A stretch of 64,000 nucleotides of DNA from Bacteroidota bacterium (lineage in GTDB: Bacteria; Bacteroidota; Bacteroidia; Bacteroidales; JAIFNL01). Below, in pieces: positions 58,012 through 64,000 of the stretch. The stretch is from NCBI GenBank assembly GCA_020047755.1, contig JAIFNL010000118.1:3618-67617 (forward strand). Reading direction: 5' to 3'. The notes beneath the pieces were generated by a model, which had not been told where the DNA came from, ran no database searches, and worked only from the letters and a program-made list of their open reading frames with translations. Every line of letters starts with the position of its first letter. Positions within the stretch are counted from its first letter, which is position 1. A program made the position numbers and the translations under genes.

Positions 58012-59045
58012 ATTTTTTAAATCCAAATTTTGTGAACAATTATCAAAACATATTGAAAACCAGTTCGATTTGTTTATCGCAAGAAGTAATGCAAAATTAC
58101 ATTGCCGGTAAACTTTCCGATGCTCAAAAGCGCGAGGTAGAAGTGCATTTGGCTGACTGCGAAATGTGTTCTGATGAATTGGACGGATTTTTGCAGATTG
58201 AAAATACCAAAAAACTAAATTCGATTGTTGCAAATTTGAACATTCAAATAGACAATAAAATTTCGGAACAAAAACAAAAAAAAATAGTTATCTTTAAGAA
58301 AATCAAACCTTTGTATTCAATAGCAGCCTTGTTGCTTGTTTTGATTGGAATTTCGGTGGTGCTTATTTTCAAAAATGATACTCAAAAGGCTGATTTGGCA
58401 TACACCGATTACCAAAGCGAGGAGAAAATGGCGAGTGTAATAGCTACTAATGAAGGCGTTGCGATGGACGATTCGTTATCTGTTACAAAATTTGAACAAG
58501 AAAATTCGGCTAATTTTTCGACCAAAAAGCAAGTTAAAATTCCAGAATTGATTGAAATGCAAGATAATATAACATCAAGCGATGAAGTTTTTATTACACC
58601 CGATTCAACAATTCTTATTTCGCCACAAAATTCGGGTTATGTAGCTGATAATAAGTCGGCTAAAACAGAAGTTTCGATGTTTGAAGACTTAGCGGAAGAC
58701 CAAGTAAAGGAGGAGAAGTTAGACAATAATGTAATTGAATCTGAAACTCCCTTGGTAAGTGGTTCCGAAAAAAATAAACGAAGTACTGTAAAATCTATGT
58801 CTTTTTCGCTAAAAGAGGCTGTAAATCAATTTGATAACAAAAATTACGAAGAGGCACTGCAAATTCTGGATTCGCTCAAATTTGAGCAGAAAACAAAGGA
58901 TTATTACAAAACACTGTGGTACAAAGCTCTCACTTACATTGAATTGAAGCAAATAGCTAAAGCAAAAATTATTTTGCAAATGCTTACTGAAAGCCCAAAC
59001 GATTATCGTTTGAAAGCAAAAGAAAAACTGAAAAAAATAGAGTAG
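58008..59045 (+). CDS. Anti-sigma factor candidate (zinc-finger HxxxCxxC, single TM, extracytoplasmic TPR-like tail)
   Basis: 345 aa. The start overlaps the sigma stop (TTGA), and ATG 58089 is an alternative start. Motif VHLADCEMCSDELDG, TM PLYSIAALLLVLIGISVVLIF, and a C-terminal TPR-like YEEALQILDSL...YKALTYIELKQ. Confidence 0.75.
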   Translation: MNFLNPNFVNNYQNILKTSSICLSQEVMQNYIAGKLSDAQKREVEVHLADCEMCSDELDGFLQIENTKKLNSIVANLNIQIDNKISEQKQKKIVIFKKIKPLYSIAALLLVLIGISVVLIFKNDTQKADLAYTDYQSEEKMASVIATNEGVAMDDSLSVTKFEQENSANFSTKKQVKIPELIEMQDNITSSDEVFITPDSTILISPQNSGYVADNKSAKTEVSMFEDLAEDQVKEEKLDNNVIESETPLVSGSEKNKRSTVKSMSFSLKEAVNQFDNKNYEEALQILDSLKFEQKTKDYYKTLWYKALTYIELKQIAKAKIILQMLTESPNDYRLKAKEKLKKIE

Positions 59046-59051
59046 AAAAAT

Positions 59052-59080
59052 AAAAAAAGCTGTAAAAAACAGCTTTTTTT
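59052..59080. terminator. Bidirectional intrinsic terminator between the anti-sigma gene and the exonuclease gene
   Basis: aaaaaaagctgt pairs with acagcttttttt around loop aaaaa (59064-59068). It overlaps the stop codon of the minus-strand exonuclease ORF. Confidence 0.75.
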
Positions 59081-59651
59081 ATTTGATAACGCCTAGTCTT
59101 TTCAGTTCAAAAAAGCATTTAGAGCAAGCAATAACATCGGCAAGGGCATCGTGTGCACCTTGGAAGGCTTTTCCGAAAAGTTTTACGTGAAGTTCGGTTA
59201 AGTTTGGCCATTTGTAGCCAAATTTGCCTGGAATTTTGCAATAATCGGTCGATTCAACCATTGTATCAATGCGAATAATTTTTTTTGGCATTCGCGCTAT
59301 GTTTTTGCGAATAAATTCAGCACCCACAATTTTTTCGTCGAAGCTAATGTTGTGAGCAACCAAAAAATCTGATTTTATCATTGCTTCGCGAAATTTATTG
59401 AGCGTTTTTTCTAAATCAACGCCTTTGCTTGTGGCTATTTCGGTTGTAATTCCGTGAACTTTGGCGGCTTCTGCCGGAATTTCAAAGCCTTCGGGTTTTA
59501 TTATAAATACTTCACTTTCAACCAATTCATTGTTCTTATCGTAGATTTGCCATGCAATTTGAACCATTCGGGGCCAATTATCGGTATCGCTTGCCGGAGC
59601 TTTGTAGTCTTTGGGCAAGCCAGTGGTTTCTGTATCGAAAAATAAGTACAT
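59079..59651 (-). CDS. DEDDh 3'-5' exonuclease (DnaQ/Pol III epsilon-like)
   Basis: 190 aa. ExoI FFDTETTGLP, ExoII LVAHNISFDEKI, ExoIII GAHDALADVIA. Confidence 0.88.
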   Translation of the reverse strand: MYLFFDTETTGLPKDYKAPASDTDNWPRMVQIAWQIYDKNNELVESEVFIIKPEGFEIPAEAAKVHGITTEIATSKGVDLEKTLNKFREAMIKSDFLVAHNISFDEKIVGAEFIRKNIARMPKKIIRIDTMVESTDYCKIPGKFGYKWPNLTELHVKLFGKAFQGAHDALADVIACSKCFFELKRLGVIK

Positions 59652-59703
59652 TTTTTTCTGTTATAAGTTATTGTGGTTTGAATTTCTTCAATTTTCTTAA
59701 AAA

Positions 59704-59711
59704 CAAAGATA
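59704..59711 (-). promoter_or_regulatory. -7 promoter box (TAtcTTTG) for the exonuclease gene
   Basis: Plus strand caaagata, reverse complement tatctttg, 53 nt upstream of the ATG at 59651. Confidence 0.45.
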
Positions 59712-59831
59712 AGCAAAAATTTGCATTTACAAATTTATTTTTGTTTTTAATTTTGCTTTTTATGTTGGTTGAATGTTTAAATATTAAAAAATAAATTGGT
59801 TTTTTTTGATTGAGTAAAATACTTATTTTTT

Positions 59832-61103
59832 TTAATAGTTGTATTTTTTCCATTTTATTTTGAGTTGTTCGGCTGTTTTGTTTTCGGTGGGGTTGTTTGA
59901 CGGTTCGTAGAGTTTTGTGCCCGAAATTTCGGTTGGAAGAAACTCTGTATCAACAAAATTGCCTTCGTAAGCATGGGCGTATTTGTATTCTTTTCCGTAG
60001 CCTAGCTCGCGCATGAGCTTTGTGGGTGCATTGCGCAAATGCAAAGGAACGGGCAAATTGCCAGTTTCTTGTACCAATTTTTGAGCTGCACCAATTGCAG
60101 AATATGCCGAATTACTTTTTGGCGAATTTGCTAAATAAATGGTTGTTTCAGCCAGCACAATTCTTCCTTCGGGAAAGCCAATTCTTTCTACTGCCGAAAA
60201 GCAGTTGTTTGCCAAAAGTAGGGCGTTTGGATTTGCCAAACCAATATCTTCGGCAGCCAGAATGAGCAATCGGCGAGCGATAAATTTGGGGTCTTCGCCG
60301 CCTTCCACCATGCGAGCAAGCCAGTAAATTGCGCCATTTGGGTCGCTTCCGCGCACCGATTTGATGAATGCCGAAATGATGTCGTAATGCAATTCGCCAT
60401 CTTTGTCGTAAAGTGCCAGATTTTTTTGCAAACGCTCTTTTACTAGCTCGTTGGTGATTGAAATTTCGTCGTTTTCGTCTGAGTTGATTACCAATTCGAG
60501 CAAATTAAGTAATTTTCGGGCATCGCCACCCGAATGTTGCAAAAGTGCTTCGTATTCTTTTAGTTCTATTTTTCGGTCTTTGAGCTGAAAATCGGTTTGG
60601 AGTGCGTGCGTGAGTAATTTTACTAAATCGTTCTTTTCCAGATGCTTGAGTACATACACTTGGCAGCGCGAGAGTAGGGGAGAAATCACTTCAAAGCTAG
60701 GATTTTCGGTGGTTGCGCCTATGAGCGTAACAATTCCTTTTTCCACTGCACCAAGTAGCGAGTCTTGTTGCGATTTGCTAAATCGGTGAATTTCATCAAT
60801 AAATAATATAGGATTGGGCTTGTTGAAAAATTTTTGTTTTTGCGCTTTTTCTATGGTTTCTCTAATGTCTTTTACGCCCGAGTTGATTGCGCTAAGTGTG
60901 TAAAAAGCTCTATCTAAGGTGTTTGCAATTATTTGAGCAAGGGTCGTTTTGCCTACTCCAGGAGGTCCCCACAAAATGAACGACGAAATGCGCCCACTTT
61001 CTATCATATTGCGCAAAACGGCACCTTTTCCTACGAGGTGAGTTTGCCCGATGTAATTGTCTAATGTTCTGGGTCTTAATCTTTCTGCTAGTGGTTCATT
61101 CAT
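59832..61103 (-). CDS. rarA: Replication-associated recombination protein A (MgsA/RarA AAA+ ATPase)
   Basis: The ORF-track start is 61142, and MNEPLAERLRPRTLDNYIGQ (ATG 61103) is the conserved N-terminus. Walker A GPPGVGKTTLA, Walker B LFIDEIHRF, and a C-terminal MgsA_C-like AYEGNFVDTEFLP. Confidence 0.93.
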   Translation of the reverse strand: MNEPLAERLRPRTLDNYIGQTHLVGKGAVLRNMIESGRISSFILWGPPGVGKTTLAQIIANTLDRAFYTLSAINSGVKDIRETIEKAQKQKFFNKPNPILFIDEIHRFSKSQQDSLLGAVEKGIVTLIGATTENPSFEVISPLLSRCQVYVLKHLEKNDLVKLLTHALQTDFQLKDRKIELKEYEALLQHSGGDARKLLNLLELVINSDENDEISITNELVKERLQKNLALYDKDGELHYDIISAFIKSVRGSDPNGAIYWLARMVEGGEDPKFIARRLLILAAEDIGLANPNALLLANNCFSAVERIGFPEGRIVLAETTIYLANSPKSNSAYSAIGAAQKLVQETGNLPVPLHLRNAPTKLMRELGYGKEYKYAHAYEGNFVDTEFLPTEISGTKLYEPSNNPTENKTAEQLKIKWKKYNY

Positions 61104-61139
61104 TTTTTTTCTAAATTTTTTTGAGGAATTGAAACAGCA

Positions 61140-61147
61140 CAAAGTTA
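61140..61147 (-). promoter_or_regulatory. -7 promoter box (TAacTTTG) for rarA
   Basis: Plus strand caaagtta, reverse complement taactttg, 37 nt upstream of ATG 61103. Repeat copy C begins 16 nt further upstream. Confidence 0.45.
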
Positions 61148-61163
61148 AGCATATTTGTAGAAA

Positions 61164-61220
61164 TTAAGCACCACTGCTAGTTTATTTTTTGAGCAAACCT
61201 TTTGCTTTTTGTTTATTTTT
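61164..61220 (-). repeat. Interspersed intergenic repeat, copy C (right half only, inverted)
   Basis: The reverse complement, aaaaataaacaaaaagcaaaaggtttgctcaaaaaataaactagcagtggtgcttaa, aligns with copy A 16928-16983. By eye I count about 8 mismatches and 1 indel over 57 nt. Confidence 0.75.
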
Positions 61221-61407
61221 TCATTTCAATAATTATCCAATAAAGTAGTGAAGTTCCTGAATTTTTATTAATTTTGTACAGACAGAAATTAATTTAAGTT
61301 ATAATTATTGCTTATAATTTATTCTATTTGATATATTTTTTTAGATTATAAAATAATTATCTAAATTGTATTTTTTAGTGTTTAATTTTTTAAAAAAATT
61401 CAAAAAA

Positions 61408-61587
61408 ATGGAGATAAAAGAACTGATTTTAAAAACATTACAAGAATCTGAAAAGCCCTTAAAAGGTGGCGAAATAGCTGAATTGACAGGCGTAGATAAA
61501 AAAGAAGTGGACAAGGCAATTAAAGTGTTGAAGAAAGAAGAAAAAATCTTTTCTCCCAAAAATTGCTATTACGATGCTACTAAATAA
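61408..61587 (+). CDS. Small winged-helix DNA-binding protein (59 aa)
   Basis: MEIKELILKTLQESEKPLKGGEIAELTGVDKKEVDKAIKVLKKEEKIFSPKNCYYDATK has a wHTH pattern. The ORF-track start at 61366 adds a hydrophobic, T-rich extension that is unlikely to be real. Confidence 0.6.
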   Translation: MEIKELILKTLQESEKPLKGGEIAELTGVDKKEVDKAIKVLKKEEKIFSPKNCYYDATK

Positions 61588-61691
61588 TTCGGTATTTTAA
61601 ATAATTTGGTTTTTCTAGGTCGATTTTAGTTTTAAAACCGAGGTTTACTTCTGTAAATAAGGTTTCTTAAATTATACTACACCAGCATCAC

Positions 61692-61719
61692 GTAGAGACG
61701 CGCCGAGGCGCGTCTCTAC
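61692..61719. repeat. GC-rich perfect palindrome (12-bp arms, 4-nt centre)
   Basis: gtagagacgcgc (61692-61703), cgag, gcgcgtctctac (61708-61719). It is nested inside an outer 12-nt inverted repeat: ttatactacacc at 61672-61683 and ggtttagtataa at 61738-61749, with 1 mismatch. Confidence 0.9.
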
Positions 61720-61794
61720 ACTATACGGTTTGTTAGCGGTTTAGTATAAAAATAAGTTTCAATTTCAATTAAGTCGATACTTTTGAAACAAAAA

Positions 61795-64000
61795 TTAACA
61801 CAGTACTGCATTATTATCAATATCTTTGAATAGTGCTTTTTCAAAATTGGTATCCATTAATTTAGAAAAAGCAACTATTTTTTTTATTTTTTTGTTTTGC
61901 CGTAAAATTGTGAAATAATTATATATAATAATTGATTTGCCATTGTCGAGGTGCAATTTGAATATACTTTCGGCGGATTCGCTTGTTACTATTTTTTGCC
62001 ATTCGCGTTCAAAATTGATTTGCTCATCAATTTGCATAAAATCGAGGATTCTTTTTTTGTTTAAGTCATTTGGGGTTAGTTGCAGTGTTTTTAATAGCTT
62101 TTTACTTGCCGAAATAATTGTGGTATTGGGCGAAAGCTCTGAAAAAAGGACTAAATCGCTAATTATATCAAGTGTTTCAACTTTAGTGCTGAAGTTTTGC
62201 TTCAATTCATTTATTTCTATTTGTTTTTCTTGTTCCATTTGCTCAACTTTTTGTTTCAATATATTTTCGTTTTGCATCAATGCTTCTTGAATTGTGCTTA
62301 ATTCTTCCATGTTTTGCCTTAATTCTTCGCTTTGTGCTTCTAATTCATTGGCTTGATAGTTTGATGCTTCAAGTAATTCTTGGGTTTGCTTGCTCTGCCT
62401 TATGCTAATAAGTGCCGAGGCATAAGTACTTGCTATTTTTTCAATTACATCAATTTGGTATTTTTCAATATTTTGAAACGATGCTATTTCTATTACGCCC
62501 ACTACTTGTTCTTCGTTTTTCATAGGCACTAAAATTAATACGTTGGGTGCTGCAAATCCTAAGCCCGATGATATTTGAATATAATCTTTAGGTATGTCGG
62601 TCATATAAATTGTTTCCTTTTCTATTGCGCAAGTGCCAATTAAATCTTCTCCTATTTTGATTTTTTTGGGCGAATATTTTTTCCTTCCGTAGGCTTGAAG
62701 TGCCGATATTTCAAAGGTATTTTCGCTGTCTTGCGATTTTAAGAATAGTGCACCTTGGTTGGCATTGAGTTGCTTTATGATTGTGCTCAAAACGGAATAC
62801 GAAAGCTCATCGATGGTGCTGTTTTTGGAACGTAAAAGTTCATTAATTTCATTTAAGGTTTGATTTGCCCAAATTCTATTTTGGTGGTTTAAGTTTTGCA
62901 TTTCTCGTTCGTGTGCTACTTTTATCAATTCATTGCGCATTTGAATAAGGCTCCCGCCCAAATCTCCCTGATTGTTAAATACATTTACCTGTGTATCGAG
63001 TTTTCCTTTTCCTACTTCAATGGCAAATTCTTTGGTGTTTTTCAGATTTTCGGTAAGTATGTTCAAGGAAACAGTCATCTGCGATAGCTCGTTTTTGCCT
63101 TCTATGGTCAAATTGTTGGGCAGATGCCCTTCGCCCAATAAATGAATTTGGTGCTTTACTCTGTTTAGAGGTTTTAATACAATTTGTGTCGCTTTGAAGA
63201 TGCTTAGAATAATTCCAATTGAAAAAATTAAAATAATTAAAAACAAGGTTGATACTATTTTGCTCACCTTTTGGTGGTGCGATTTGTAGATTGTATTTTG
63301 AATATTATTTATTTTTTGCTCTATTAGAGCTACTTGCTTGTTGAGAGTGCTCAATAAACCATCGGGGTTGTTTATGCCAATGATATAATCATGTTCTACT
63401 ATTTTATAAAATAAATTTTGATAATTATTGAGTAAATCAATTAAATCTTCTTTTTCGGTTTCGCTGTGTGGCGAAGCCTCGATGTATGCTGAAAATTTTT
63501 GTATTACGGTAGCAAATTCATCTTTGTATTTAAGGTCTTTGCGTATTAAGTAATCTTTTTCGTGCCGGCGAAGCATGAGCATATAATACTCGGCTTTTAA
63601 ATCATTGACTTGCGCTAACTTTTTTTCTACATCGTGAATGTTCATTCGCATCTGACCTTCTAAACCATAATCTTTGTATCCTTTCAATTTTAATTGTACC
63701 ACTAATGATTGAAAATTCTTTTGGTAATTGAAAAAATTTTCTTTTAATTGCTGTACATCACTTTTTAGCTTTAGTTTTGCAATGTCGGGAAGTTTTTCCA
63801 TTTGTACTATATTTTGAATTGCTCGCTTGTATTCTTGGTCAAAATCTTGTAAATATTGACTTTCGCCCGTTTCAAAATATCGGCTGTTTATTGTTTCTTT
63901 TGCCAGAAAATCTTTTTCCAATTTCCTCATTTTCAGTTCGCTGATTAATAGATTTTTTGAATTGTTCAGCAATTCATAATTATCTAACGTTTTATCGAGC
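61795..64000 (-). CDS. Output-less sensor, third paralog: helical sensor - TM - HAMP - GAF - coiled coil - PAS; the N-terminus runs off the right window edge
   Basis: The ORF-track entry starts at TTG 63972, but the frame stays open to base 63997. TM helix [80 protein letters not shown]. Signalling helix AQSEELRQNMEELSTIQEA, with a PAS-like C-terminus and no catalytic motifs. Confidence 0.85.
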   Translation of the reverse strand, partial: LDKTLDNYELLNNSKNLLISELKMRKLEKDFLAKETINSRYFETGESQYLQDFDQEYKRAIQNIVQMEKLPDIAKLKLKSDVQQLKENFFNYQKNFQSLVVQLKLKGYKDYGLEGQMRMNIHDVEKKLAQVNDLKAEYYMLMLRRHEKDYLIRKDLKYKDEFATVIQKFSAYIEASPHSETEKEDLIDLLNNYQNLFYKIVEHDYIIGINNPDGLLSTLNKQVALIEQKINNIQNTIYKSHHQKVSKIVSTLFLIILIFSIGIILSIFKATQIVLKPLNRVKHQIHLLGEGHLPNNLTIEGKNELSQMTVSLNILTENLKNTKEFAIEVGKGKLDTQVNVFNNQGDLGGSLIQMRNELIKVAHEREMQNLNHQNRIWANQTLNEINELLRSKNSTIDELSYSVLSTIIKQLNANQGALFLKSQDSENTFEISALQAYGRKKYSPKKIKIGEDLIGTCAIEKETIYMTDIPKDYIQISSGLGFAAPNVLILVPMKNEEQVVGVIEIASFQNIEKYQIDVIEKIASTYASALISIRQSKQTQELLEASNYQANELEAQSEELRQNMEELSTIQEALMQNENILKQKVEQMEQEKQIEINELKQNFSTKVETLDIISDLVLFSELSPNTTIISASKKLLKTLQLTPNDLNKKRILDFMQIDEQINFEREWQKIVTSESAESIFKLHLDNGKSIIIYNYFTILRQNKKIKKIVAFSKLMDTNFEKALFKDIDNNAVLC

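Noticed and set aside
61164-61220. Interspersed repeat as a standard promoter (it contains aaaGTTTGct like the tRNA promoter -33 region)
   Set aside because: No TAnnTTTG box lies 19-21 nt downstream of the TTTG in any copy. Copy A also sits between convergent genes with nothing to drive.

Overview
AT-rich chromosomal segment that looks like Bacteroidota (Flavobacteriia/Cytophagia-like). Support: TAnnTTTG -7 promoter boxes, almost no Shine-Dalgarno sites, and typical gene content (TPR-PP2C phosphatases, PD40/OmpA proteins, SPOR, GH3/beta-lactamase fusion). Gene order, left to right: an in-frame NifS-SelD fusion running off the left edge (absent from the ORF track); three identical tRNA-Lys(UUU) genes; thrS-infC-rpmI-rplT; fabG; several secreted or TPR proteins and amidohydrolases. 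Signalling genes are then unusually dense between about 13 and 47.5 kb, with one more at the right edge: three SpoIIE/PP2C phosphatases, three paralogous HAMP-GAF-PAS modules, two hybrid histidine kinases, a REC-HK and a YfiR-like periplasmic protein. The remainder is housekeeping: GT2 mannosyltransferase, hydantoinase-like amidohydrolase, tricorn-like S41 protease, sbcD, MFS transporter, DUF4349-ECF sigma-anti-sigma, DnaQ-like exonuclease, rarA. I saw no rRNA, CRISPR array, transposase or integrase. Items worth a second look: the same-strand YfiR-like/HK/PP2C/giant HK/REC-HK locus and the output-less GAF paralogs; a three-copy interspersed intergenic repeat; a GC-rich perfect palindrome nested in an outer inverted repeat; a disrupted PrsW gene; a 55-aa ferredoxin gene below the ORF-track cutoff; a non-canonical infC start with a rare GGAGG; iteron-like 11-bp tandem repeats. 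All family calls come from motif reading by eye, not from searches.
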